From the NCBI GenBank assembly GCA_965222225.1, contig CBDCTK010000002.1:3136001-3200000 (forward strand): a stretch of DNA of 64,000 bases, written 5' to 3'. A program made the translations under genes and the position numbers. Below, in pieces: positions 19,394-29,060 of this stretch. The notes under the pieces were generated by a model. The model saw only the letters and a program-made list of their open reading frames with translations. It made no database searches and was not told the origin of the DNA. Positions within the stretch are counted from its first letter, which is position 1, and each line of letters begins with the position of its first letter. The stretch is from Candidatus Poribacteria bacterium (lineage in GTDB: Bacteria > Poribacteria > WGA-4E > JAJDTR01).

Positions 19394-20642
19394 GGGACTT
19401 AGTAGTTAACTGCTTTTTGGTCGATTTGCTTGCTTTTCTCTTCTTAATGTACAATCATTTTAGACAGTGTTCGGAATCTTGATTCACACTAAAATACATC
19501 TCTATAAGAGAGAAATGGAGGCATATCATGTTGACCAAGCGTTTGTACATGCTCGCGGGAGCATTGCGGGTTATCTGCGGGATTTTAATTTCCAACACTA
19601 TGGGATTTTCAGCACACCATGATGTTGTCGTTGACAGAATATACCGATAGCCAAACAATTCATGTGGCTCAGGTGAAGCATTCATCAAAAAATCTTATGA
19701 AAATCTCATCATCTTTTCTGCGATTATATTTCCAGCAAGACTCCATGATATACAGTGGCAGCCACTTCTTGCTGTAGTGATGATGCGTTCCGTAGAATGA
19801 CCTCTTGACACAAGCCCAAAACGACTCGATGGTGTTGGTGTGAGTTACGCCGTCCTCAGAAACATATCTCTCTTGGTGATGGATAACATGTCTTTCGATA
19901 TCTTCGTCCAGACTATTGTAAGAGCGAAATTCATCAGTCATAAGAATAGACTCATCGGGTGAGACATTGCTAAGGATGAATTCTCTGATATTTTCACCAG
20001 ATAGAACCTTCATGAATTTAGCAACCACCCGACCGCCTCTCTCGACTACGCCGATGACGGGAGATTTATTTGTGCCTCTACCTCTCTTAGATTTTGCTCT
20101 GGGTTTGCCGCCGACATAGGTTTCGTCCGCTTCAACTATCCCTTTCAGCAATTCATCACTATCACTCATTTTCTCACGGAGGCGCATTGCCATATACCAA
20201 GCGGACTTTTGATTCATGTCCAAGTCACGAGCAAGCTGACAACTCGATATGCTTTTCTTGGCATTGGAAAGAATTGAGATAGCCAAAAACCATTTCTGGA
20301 GAGGTATCTTGGTACCATGGAAGATGGTTCCTGCTGTAGCCGAAAAGCTAGATTCACAATCGTAGCAATTCCAACCAGTAGTAATGTCGTTTTTGTTCTT
20401 GCGTCCAACTTTTTCACTGCCACAGTGGATACAGCAAACACCGTCCTTCCAACGTTTTTCCTCTATAAATCTGAGACAAGATTCTTGATTTGGAAACTCT
20501 TTCATAAGATTCAAAATGTCCATAGCAAACTCCTACGAGAAGAATAGTCACTATGGACATCTACGTGTGACGAAAAGATTTACGACAGGGTACCAAGTTT
20601 TATGTTTGTCGTCAGTCTAAAAGCTACAAGCTACTAATTCCG
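19394..20642 (-). mobile_element. Complete IS1595-family insertion sequence (1,249 bp)
   Basis: Imperfect TIRs GGGACTTAGTAGTT (left) and AGCTACTAATTCCG (right); exact 8-bp target duplication ATCTCTTA at 19386-19393 and 20643-20650. Confidence 0.9.
19669..20523 (-). CDS. IS1595-family DDE transposase
   Basis: Zinc ribbon CIHC...CYDC, GTIFHGTKIPL.KWF, EADETYVGG, MTDE..SY and HTNTIESFW. Confidence 0.95.
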   Translation of the reverse strand: MDILNLMKEFPNQESCLRFIEEKRWKDGVCCIHCGSEKVGRKNKNDITTGWNCYDCESSFSATAGTIFHGTKIPLQKWFLAISILSNAKKSISSCQLARDLDMNQKSAWYMAMRLREKMSDSDELLKGIVEADETYVGGKPRAKSKRGRGTNKSPVIGVVERGGRVVAKFMKVLSGENIREFILSNVSPDESILMTDEFRSYNSLDEDIERHVIHHQERYVSEDGVTHTNTIESFWACVKRSFYGTHHHYSKKWLPLYIMESCWKYNRRKDDEIFIRFFDECFT

Positions 20643-20694
20643 ATCTCTTATACTGTTTACAGTGAATCGGCAAGAATGAACGCAAGATACCATA

Positions 20695-21528
20695 ATGGGC
20701 GAAGTGATGAACCAAACGACTGAGATAGGCGGCTTAACGGATGCGCAGCGAGGTTTCTACGAGACTTTTGGCTATGTGGTCTTGAAAGGGGTATTTGCGA
20801 CGACAGAGCTCGAAAGCATCCGACGCGAGTTTGACAATATGCTGGCAGACCAATACTCGCACACTCCCTACGACGGCTCGGCCCGCCATTGGACGCCGAT
20901 GATGGATGAGAATACCCCCTTTCTTGCCAACATGATGGAAGATAGCCGCTTTCTTTCTGTTGCCCAACAGCTTTACGGAGACGACGTGCTCGGTGTCATA
21001 GTTGATGGAAATCGGTACACCGGCGACACACGCTGGCACCGTGACACGGCTACCGTTCATCAATACGGCGTGAAGTTTGCGTTTTATTTTCAGACCGTAG
21101 ATGCGGACACGGGCGCCCTGCGCGTTATCCCGGGCACGCACCGTCTGCCAAATGACGATGAGTTTGCTCAAGGCGTACGTTCTATGCTTGGGGAGTCCGT
21201 CCCGGCTACCGCGCTCGCTTCTGAACCGGGAGACGTAGTTGCGTTCGATCTTCGAATGTGGCACGCGTCCCTTGGTGGCAGTGACGATCGCCAAATGTGT
21301 ACCGTTGTCTACTACGCGAACCCCAAAAATGCCGAAGAATTTAAAGCGCTTCGAAACCAAGGAGCGCGAAATGTCGAGGCAGGAATCAAGTCGTTCAAAC
21401 CCAGGCGACCGTATATTTACTCGAAAAGATGGGTCTCCAATCCCCACGGCAACCCGGTCCGTCAATATTGGATAGATCGCCTAACAGAAGTAGGTTACTT
21501 CAATGCACCGGGTGTTGTACAGGCATAA
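20695..21528 (+). CDS. PhyH-family dioxygenase
   Basis: FYETFGY, WHRD, GALRVIPGTH and PGDVVAFD...WHAS. Confidence 0.9.
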   Translation: MGEVMNQTTEIGGLTDAQRGFYETFGYVVLKGVFATTELESIRREFDNMLADQYSHTPYDGSARHWTPMMDENTPFLANMMEDSRFLSVAQQLYGDDVLGVIVDGNRYTGDTRWHRDTATVHQYGVKFAFYFQTVDADTGALRVIPGTHRLPNDDEFAQGVRSMLGESVPATALASEPGDVVAFDLRMWHASLGGSDDRQMCTVVYYANPKNAEEFKALRNQGARNVEAGIKSFKPRRPYIYSKRWVSNPHGNPVRQYWIDRLTEVGYFNAPGVVQA

Positions 21529-21546
21529 CAATCGCAAATTGAGCGT

Positions 21547-22422
21547 TTGAGGAGGCGCCCTAAAATGGCACAACAAGAGTCCAGCCACAACTCATCAGAC
21601 AAAGCAGCTGTTACGGAAGTGTCCCGACCCACCCAGGCAGAACGCTTTTTCTTCGACAACAACGGTTATCTCATTGTGGAAGACTTTCTGAAGGAAGACC
21701 ACATTAATGCGCTTACAGAAACGCTGTTCCGTGTTGTCGCTTGTCGACGTGAACAACAGGAAAATGGAATCCCTCATACGGGCATTACAAGTATTAGCGG
21801 CGAGCGCAGTGCGCGCGTCGTGTACATCTTGGATGATGATCCGCTTTTTCTTGAGATGATGGATTGGCCTCCAATTATGCCTTACGTGACCGGCCTGCTC
21901 AATGAACGTCCCCACCATCACTCCTCCGATGCGTTTGTAGAATATGGCAGCGATCAAGGCGGACGAGGGATGGGTTGGCACATTGATGGCCATGACAACG
22001 GTTACCGTGACCTCGGCACACCTATTCCGCTCCTCCAACTCAAGATCGGCTACTATTTGAACGACATGACAAGCCCCGGACAAGGCAATGTCTCCGTCGT
22101 TCCCGGGAGTCACAAGGCGTCATACAGCCCCGACGCGGAGGATGTGAAGCGACCGGATCTGTTCCCCGGCGCCGTCCAAATCTGCGCTCCGCCCGGTGCG
22201 GCTATCCTTTTTCACAACGCACTGTGGCACTCGGCGGGACCATTTTCCAATCCCGATGGCTGTCGATTACTTCTGTACTACGCCTATGAACAACCGTGGA
22301 TGGTCGGTTCCCACCAGCACTGGGGATATCCTAAGGATTTCTACAACAATCGACTTGCTCCAGAGCAACGTAAACTGTTTCACGGTTTTCTGTTTGACCC
22401 GCCCGAGGAACGTTGGGGTTAA
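21547..22422 (+). CDS. PhyH-family dioxygenase
   Basis: FFDNNGYL, WHID, VVPGSH and FHNALWHS; probable start ATG 21565. Confidence 0.9.
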   Translation: MRRRPKMAQQESSHNSSDKAAVTEVSRPTQAERFFFDNNGYLIVEDFLKEDHINALTETLFRVVACRREQQENGIPHTGITSISGERSARVVYILDDDPLFLEMMDWPPIMPYVTGLLNERPHHHSSDAFVEYGSDQGGRGMGWHIDGHDNGYRDLGTPIPLLQLKIGYYLNDMTSPGQGNVSVVPGSHKASYSPDAEDVKRPDLFPGAVQICAPPGAAILFHNALWHSAGPFSNPDGCRLLLYYAYEQPWMVGSHQHWGYPKDFYNNRLAPEQRKLFHGFLFDPPEERWG

Positions 22423-22581
22423 TGCCGCGTTTCACAGAAGATCGCGGAATCTGAAACTCCGGTGAATCTGCCATGTGGAGGATTCCTCAAGCTTTTGCAA
22501 CACCTCAAGTCGAAAATACTCCACGTGTAGCGGAATTCGGAATGGGAAGAACGGATAATTCATTTATGGAAGGTATCGGTT

Positions 22582-23241
22582 ATGGCTAAAAACATTATTG
22601 ATTTGACTCATCCTTTTGATGACTCAACGCCCCCGTTTCCCGGCAATCCGCCGGTTGAAGTAGGCATACTCGCGGCAATTCCCGATAACCATCCCGCTGG
22701 CAAGCCGGGATACGTGAACTCCTGCACGTTTAAGACCTGTGTCCACACGGGAACGCACATGGATGCCCCTTTTCATTTCTATAGGAACCATCCCACTATC
22801 GATCGGATTCCCCTAGACCGGTGCATGGGACGCGCGCTGCTTATTGATTTGTCTGATATAGCGCCCAATGCGGAAATCACACCCGCAGATCTTCACCCGT
22901 ATCAGGAACAGATTAGTGAAATTCGCAGAGTAGTTCTCAACACCGGTTGGGCAATCCACTGGACGAAGGAGATGTTCTTTACCGATTTTCCGGTTATAAC
23001 GACGGAAGCCGCCCAATTCCTCGTGGACTGCGGCACCGAGCTTATAGGCATTGACACTCCGTCCATTGATAAAGCGCCTAACGAATCCCATTTCATCGTA
23101 CTTGGCAACGATACCCTAATCATCGAAAATCTGACGAACCTCGATCTCATTGAAGAGGATGTGTTTCATCTCATTGCACTACCATTGAAAATCACGGGCA
23201 GGGACGGATCGCCGGTACGAGTTGCAGCGGTCTTGGAGTAG
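22582..23241 (+). CDS. Cyclase-family metal-dependent hydrolase (kynurenine formamidase-like)
   Basis: IDLTHP, HTGTHMDAPFH, GIDTPSID, IIENLTNL and DGSPVRV. Confidence 0.92.
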   Translation: MAKNIIDLTHPFDDSTPPFPGNPPVEVGILAAIPDNHPAGKPGYVNSCTFKTCVHTGTHMDAPFHFYRNHPTIDRIPLDRCMGRALLIDLSDIAPNAEITPADLHPYQEQISEIRRVVLNTGWAIHWTKEMFFTDFPVITTEAAQFLVDCGTELIGIDTPSIDKAPNESHFIVLGNDTLIIENLTNLDLIEEDVFHLIALPLKITGRDGSPVRVAAVLE

Positions 23242-23373
23242 GTAGAAACTCGGTAAGACAACATGGTGCGAAGTGGATACTTTTGGGATTCACACGGAAA
23301 TCCTGACCAAGGGAACTAGACCTGTTTTCAACCCATTGATTGGCTAACTACTGTAGTTTAGGGAGGCGTTTTT

Positions 23374-24228
23374 ATGTTCAAGGCTTTACAGCCCGGCGCC
23401 ATCGGCATCCGGGCAGGCATGCAGGAATGCCTACGGTTGGCAAAAAATGCTGGTTTCGAAGGTATGGACCTAGCGATTAGCGAGGCTAACGACCTCGCAC
23501 AGGCAAATTCCGTGGATTACGTCAAGGATCTCTGGTCTGCGTCCGGATTGAAGATCGGGGGATGGGGACTTCCGGTAGATTGGCGCGGTAGCGATGCGGA
23601 ATACAACGAAGATCTTCGAAAACTTCCGCGACTGGCAAGACTTGCCGCAGACCTTGGGTGTTTTCGCTCAACAACCTGGATTCTTCCCTCTGGCGAAATA
23701 CCGTTTAAGGAGAACTGGGATTTTCACGTCAAACGCCTACGGCCGGCGATGGAGATTTTGAAGGAGTATGGACATCGGTTCGGCTTAGAGTTTGTGGCAC
23801 CGGCAACCAGGCGAAAGGATGGGGAGTTCCTTTTCCTTCACACAATGGATGCAGTGCTCGGGCTTGCCGCCGCAATCGGCACCGGCAACGTTGGTTTACT
23901 GTTCGACGCGTGGCATTGGTATACTAGTCACGCCACGCTTGATGACGTTAGGAAACTCGGCAAAGGTGATGTCGTGTACGTCCACATCAACGACGCCCCT
24001 GCAGGTATCGATCGAGACGATCAACTCGATCTTGTCCGATGCCTCCCCGGCGAGACCGGTGTGATTCCAGTCGCAGAGTTACTCCAAATCCTGGACGATA
24101 TCGGTTACGACGGGCCCGTAGTGCCGGAGCCGTTGAGCGAGAAAGTCTATGCAATGGAGTCTCAGGACGCCGCCAACGCCACCGCGCGATCACTGGATAA
24201 GGTGTGGCAGCTGGCGGGATTTGAATAG
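23374..24228 (+). CDS. Sugar phosphate isomerase/epimerase (AP-endonuclease-2 TIM barrel)
   Basis: GLEF, GLLFDAWHW, VHIND, RCLPGETG and GYDGPV.PE metal-ligand pattern. Confidence 0.88.
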   Translation: MFKALQPGAIGIRAGMQECLRLAKNAGFEGMDLAISEANDLAQANSVDYVKDLWSASGLKIGGWGLPVDWRGSDAEYNEDLRKLPRLARLAADLGCFRSTTWILPSGEIPFKENWDFHVKRLRPAMEILKEYGHRFGLEFVAPATRRKDGEFLFLHTMDAVLGLAAAIGTGNVGLLFDAWHWYTSHATLDDVRKLGKGDVVYVHINDAPAGIDRDDQLDLVRCLPGETGVIPVAELLQILDDIGYDGPVVPEPLSEKVYAMESQDAANATARSLDKVWQLAGFE

Positions 24229-24248
24229 GCGAAAGAATTCTGGCTACC

Positions 24249-26274
24249 ATGAACTACGAACAATGGAATCAAGCCATCATCTCGTACTTCTTTGAAGAGT
24301 GCAACCCGGGTGAGATTGTCTTTCTGCAAACAGATGATGAAACACTGGCTGAAATCGCTGAATTGTCCAATTTTAACATAGAGAATCCTGCGGATAGTTT
24401 AAAACAAGCCGTCAGAGGCAAATTCATTTGTAACGGGAGTCGGGTCAATCTGTGGGATAGCGTTCCGGAAAGTTTTTGGAAAATCCGTCTGCCCCAAGAA
24501 GCGCCTCAAGTTGCCTTCCTCGCTTTATCAGTCCTTGCCGCATCGCAGATGAGTTCTACAGAATAGTATTTCACATACAAATTACTATGCACGATTAAAT
24601 GAACTCTTGTTTGACCTACTCATTCAAAGACGCCCGAAGGGACTAGAGACCGCCTATTTTAAGGAATGCTGGATAAAGCTTCAACGATGGGCAGAAAATC
24701 GACATCATGTCAATCTCTATCTGACCGAAGGTTCATCAAACCGTAAGTATGTTTGGTACCCGATTTCACAATGTCTAATTAGCGAACACGATCGACAGAG
24801 GATTTACCGTTTCTTTTCCAAGCATAATCTTACGCCGTTCTCAGAGCCACGTGATAATGAATTATATACTCAACTACACTATTGGACATCATCGCCTCAG
24901 GGATCTTCAAAAATAGGTCGCTACCTCACCAACCAATATTACAAGGAATCCATTCTCAGCCAGGTTAAATCAATTCTGAAACATTGGGATGGTCAAGTCC
25001 CGCCAGATGAAACACCTATTGGTACAAAACACAGAAAGGCACCAATCAGCGTTCAGTTCTGCTTTGGGCACATTTCTGATACCGTGGAAGTTCGTTACTG
25101 GTTCCCAAGACGTGGGAAGGACAACATAACCTGCAAAGCCAACCCTCTAGGCATTCAAATACTACAAACATTTGACTCGGAAAAATGGTTTAGGCCTGTT
25201 GTTGATGAGAAAAGCGCGTTTTGGAATTTGCAGAATCGCTGGGAAGTGACCACCGATGAAACTAAACCAATAATTTACTCCCTGCATCCCTCCGACGTCT
25301 GGGTTTTCCGAGAAGATCCAGAACGTGACGATGGTTGGCTTTTTCAGCGGAACATGCAACTGTACGAGGACCACTTGATAGTGTTCCGCGAGAAACTCGT
25401 TGAGCACGTTCTCCATTGTCTAAAACAGACTTGCGCGCTGAGCGATGACAAACCAAATCGCATCCATGATGGCTGGCTCTATATGCGAGCCAAACCGATC
25501 AGACTTCAACCTTTTTCTACGAGGGAACTCTGGCGACTTTCTGTGATTTCTAGTAAACAGATTCGGCTTATTGGCGGATTGTCAGTTCAAGACCAGCACC
25601 GACGCAGAGCATATCTCAGTATTTGCCTTCCTGATATTTTCGTTCCTAATCTCGGACTTTCAAGTGAAGTGCCTTTGAAAATTGACGCGCACGCCTACCC
25701 CGTTGGTGAAAATAGGCTCGTAAGGTTCGAAAACCCGTTGTCACCTCGAGTTTATCAACTTTCCTATGGGACACAATCAAGGGCGCTATGGGTCATAGGA
25801 CCGGAACGCGACATTGAATACGAAAGCCAAACTCTAATGGCAAACTTATCTCATGATAGGATAGCGATTCCGATGTATTCTGTAGAGAAGATTTCAGAGA
25901 GATCGAAGAAATTCGGAGTGTGGATTGCAGGTGCCAAATTCTTTGGGAAAAACGTTCCAGAACTTACATGGGACGATGTGCAGACCGAACCCCAAATTAA
26001 AGAAGATAATGGCTTATTGCCTAAATCTCCTGCTGAGCTTATTTCAGCAGTCGTAAAGGCAGCAATCGAACTGAGGAAGGACAAGGCTTCGATAAAAGAG
26101 TGGTTAGATCAAGTAATCGAACATCTAGATCAGGATATCGCGTTACGAGCTCTTGTTGAAAAGAAATTGTGGCACTATCGTGAAACGGCTTTGTCATCTG
26201 CAAATCTCCGCAGCCGAGAAGGTAGGTATCCATGGAAGCGAAACCGTACCCAGAAAAAAAACGGAGACATTTAA
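24249..26274 (+). pseudogene. Putative Druantia DruH-like protein, N-terminal part; frameshifted near 24553-24563 (ORFs 24249-24566 and 24607-26274)
   Basis: MNYEQWNQAIISYFF...VFL start. The second frame is open from 24553 and reads NSISHTNYYARLNELLFD, so removing one base joins both ORFs into about 674 aa. DruH likeness is from recalled motifs and operon context. Confidence 0.6.
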
Positions 26275-28160
26275 TAGACCGGGGCAATGAAGACTTTATT
26301 GCGTTCTTGGAACAAGTAGAGGCAACAAAAGAAGGACAGCGGGCTCTAAAAAGTCTACTTCCAACCAAGGTGAAAGGATTCCGACCTGGGCATGCACCAT
26401 TAAAAAGAAAAGTCCCAATATTGACAATTGAGTTGAAAAAGGAAGGTGAACTTTCCAACTCCTCCTCCCTGATTTGGGCCTCCTTCAAAAACGCATGGAC
26501 CGCATGGGTTAGGTCGCACGATGAACTGAATCCAATCTTGCTTGAATTGGACAATGCAGCGGATTTCGACGAGAAACACGAGTGTACAGCACTTCCGAAC
26601 AGCGAAATTGATATGCAGTGTTTCAAACACCTGCTGGAAGCAAGTGAAAACTATTTGGTTGATAAGGAGACGATTGAACGCTTTTACGATTACGGCTATT
26701 TCCTTCCTTCTGAAGAAATCGAAGCTATCATCAAACAAGCACGCCCCCGAGCAGAAATCGAACGACAGCGACGAATAGTGGCACTTCCTGCACTCGTTGA
26801 CCAGCTATTTGAAGATATTAACTCTCTCAATTCGAAGCTTTCTGCAATTGAGTCCGCCGACATAACGACAAAGACACTCAACCAGCGAACAGCAGAAGTG
26901 ATTGACTCTTTCGAACGTCAACTTTCCGATACAAAGGCAAACTTCAATAAAAGCGTTGGGCAGTTAAAGCAATCAATCAATTCCCGACTTTCCAAGGTAG
27001 AAGATTCGGTAAAGTCTCTTGAAACCCAACTGGCGGATGGCCAATTTGTCGAAAGTGTGAGGCAGGAAATCGCACAGCTTGGTCAGACTATCGAAGAAAG
27101 TGTCCACTCACTTCGGACCCGGCAAGATGGATTGGACAAGAAATTCGCTGAAATCGAGACAGATCGAGAAGAACAACATCGAATGACCAACGCACCAAGA
27201 ATTGCCAATCAAGCCGTGCGGATTGGAGAACGTTATAACTCCCAACTAAGAGAAGACAATGAACATTACTTAGATGAGATTGATTACTTGTGGAATTTTG
27301 CAGGTTGTCTAAGAAGATTTGGCGTAACGAACTCCGGCGAGACGGGAGATGAAATGGCGGCGGCCATCCACATTGCCTTGAAGACCTTTCCTGCACTTGC
27401 AGTCAACGACACGCGAATATTCAAGGTATGGCAACTGATGTGTGGCAATCACTTGCACGTTACGGAAATCGGTGTAGAAATGGGGTGGCTTGGTCTTCAA
27501 GATTGGTTCCCTGAACTTTTTTATCAAGAGTGTTTTGGGGAACAATTAAGGCGGATGGACCTCGACATCTCAATTAGGAGAATGCTTGAAATTGGAGATA
27601 TGCCGTGGGCAATTCATATGAGTAATTGTGACCGGTCATTTCCAGAAAGTTACCTTCCAAGATTTCTCGACTGGATTGGGGAGTTATCCGACGGTGAGAT
27701 CAGGATTTTCCTCACACGTTCTTCTGGGGTGAATCGCTGTGGGACGACTCAAGATGTTTATGCTCGAGTGGCACGTCTTCTTGCACCTGAGAAGCTAGAG
27801 CCAATTGAAGCAAGGAACTTACAACCTCGCGACATCCTTACGTGGCATGAGTGGACATCGTGGTGCCAACCGAATGATGCTGTCAGTCAAGTTGAATTTC
27901 TGAATCAACTTCAAGAAGCAATTGAAAATGCCGGTACTCAAATTCCGCTGTCGCTTCTTTGTGAAATCCAACGTTATGTTCAACTTTCACATGGTATTTT
28001 GTCATCGTCTAAAGCTCTTGATTGGGCATTAACCTTACGTCTCCTGCCGTGGATTGTATACCACCGCGAGCTGATTGATACCGCGCAGAATTTGATCCAT
28101 CGGGAAAATCGGGAATTGACACACTTCCAAGATGGATTACTACAAGCACGAGAGAAATGA
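26232..28160 (+). CDS. Coiled-coil protein with a degenerate McrB-like AAA+ C-terminal domain lacking Walker A
   Basis: Heptad-rich segment at about aa 185-310, then IHIALKT, VEMGWLGLQDW, IHMSNCDRSFPESYLPRFL and ALDWALTLRLLP in McrB motif order; no GxxGxGK[ST]. Confidence 0.6.
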   Translation: MEAKPYPEKKRRHLIDRGNEDFIAFLEQVEATKEGQRALKSLLPTKVKGFRPGHAPLKRKVPILTIELKKEGELSNSSSLIWASFKNAWTAWVRSHDELNPILLELDNAADFDEKHECTALPNSEIDMQCFKHLLEASENYLVDKETIERFYDYGYFLPSEEIEAIIKQARPRAEIERQRRIVALPALVDQLFEDINSLNSKLSAIESADITTKTLNQRTAEVIDSFERQLSDTKANFNKSVGQLKQSINSRLSKVEDSVKSLETQLADGQFVESVRQEIAQLGQTIEESVHSLRTRQDGLDKKFAEIETDREEQHRMTNAPRIANQAVRIGERYNSQLREDNEHYLDEIDYLWNFAGCLRRFGVTNSGETGDEMAAAIHIALKTFPALAVNDTRIFKVWQLMCGNHLHVTEIGVEMGWLGLQDWFPELFYQECFGEQLRRMDLDISIRRMLEIGDMPWAIHMSNCDRSFPESYLPRFLDWIGELSDGEIRIFLTRSSGVNRCGTTQDVYARVARLLAPEKLEPIEARNLQPRDILTWHEWTSWCQPNDAVSQVEFLNQLQEAIENAGTQIPLSLLCEIQRYVQLSHGILSSSKALDWALTLRLLPWIVYHRELIDTAQNLIHRENRELTHFQDGLLQAREK

Positions 28161-28169
28161 ATATCCTCG

Positions 28170-29060
28170 ATGGGTACAAACATTCTTGATGGGCTCCTAT
28201 ACTACCTATCGCACTTGGGACGGTTAAGTTTGGAAAAATTCAAAGATGCGGCCAAGAATCTCACTGAAGGACAGCCCCGGTTTAAAGATTCCACATACCT
28301 GAACACACTCGCACGACTAGGCCATCTTGATTATGACCCAATGAAACTAGACCGTCGTATTGTTATTGCGCCTTCCGTTCTCGTTGAAACAGCCGTGAAG
28401 GATCGGTATGTTTTCGTTGGAAGTCGAACTCCCGATTTTCTTGAAGAAATTGAAAGGTGCATTTCCGAAGCAGGCGGAAAATTGGAAAGGATTTCAGAAC
28501 AATATGCTCCAACCTCAATTGTGTTAAGCGAGTTGTCAGAAACTTCATTCGCGGAAATCGAGAGTTTGGGCATTCACATCAGTTGCGCATTTTCGGCGAG
28601 ACTTTCAAGCATACTACCATCTCCAGAACGCACCAGTTTTTTGAAAGATGAAGTTCTGCTTCCCGATTCAATCAACAGATTCAATATCAGAACCTTGGAG
28701 TACGAATCTGATAACTACTCATTGCGTAGCGACGGGCTTTACGAAATCCCTAAATTTGGCCGGAATGTCTACGTCTTGAAATCTGGCACCGACCAACGCA
28801 TTGTCCCACGCGACTGGGGAGAGTGGCTGTTTCTTAATAGCCGCAGTAGAACGGTAGGATTAATCTCGTATGAACGCCAATCTCAAACCTGGTGCGTCAA
28901 TAGGAAGTTGCATGTACCACTAACATTGGATCGGTGTGCAACGCTCTGTTCAGGATTCCCTCCACAATTGAGAGACGATTTGTTTTGCTATGCGGACGTG
29001 CCAGCCGGCATAGCATACCGTTTGACTAAAGCGCTTTATCAGAATTGGGAGGTGGTTTGA
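28170..29060 (+). CDS. Putative DruH-like C-terminal domain encoded as a separate gene
   Basis: LLYYLSHLG, LARLGHLDYD, IAPSVL, FVGSRT and LDRCATLCSGFPP; the stop overlaps the helicase start (TGATG). Confidence 0.6.
   Translation: MGTNILDGLLYYLSHLGRLSLEKFKDAAKNLTEGQPRFKDSTYLNTLARLGHLDYDPMKLDRRIVIAPSVLVETAVKDRYVFVGSRTPDFLEEIERCISEAGGKLERISEQYAPTSIVLSELSETSFAEIESLGIHISCAFSARLSSILPSPERTSFLKDEVLLPDSINRFNIRTLEYESDNYSLRSDGLYEIPKFGRNVYVLKSGTDQRIVPRDWGEWLFLNSRSRTVGLISYERQSQTWCVNRKLHVPLTLDRCATLCSGFPPQLRDDLFCYADVPAGIAYRLTKALYQNWEVV

Noticed and set aside
19455-19688. Passenger gene inside IS1595 (77 aa)
   Set aside because: No recognisable motif or RBS; the short plus-strand ORFs there are equally unconvincing.
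20734-21465. 243-aa antisense ORF and similar shadow ORFs throughout the track
   Set aside because: They lie opposite or inside well-supported genes and lack motifs.
24564-24566. TAG read-through (pyrrolysine or recoding) joining the two DruH-like ORFs
   Set aside because: The downstream ORF is in a different frame and the same frame stops again at TGA 24600-24602, so this is a frameshift.
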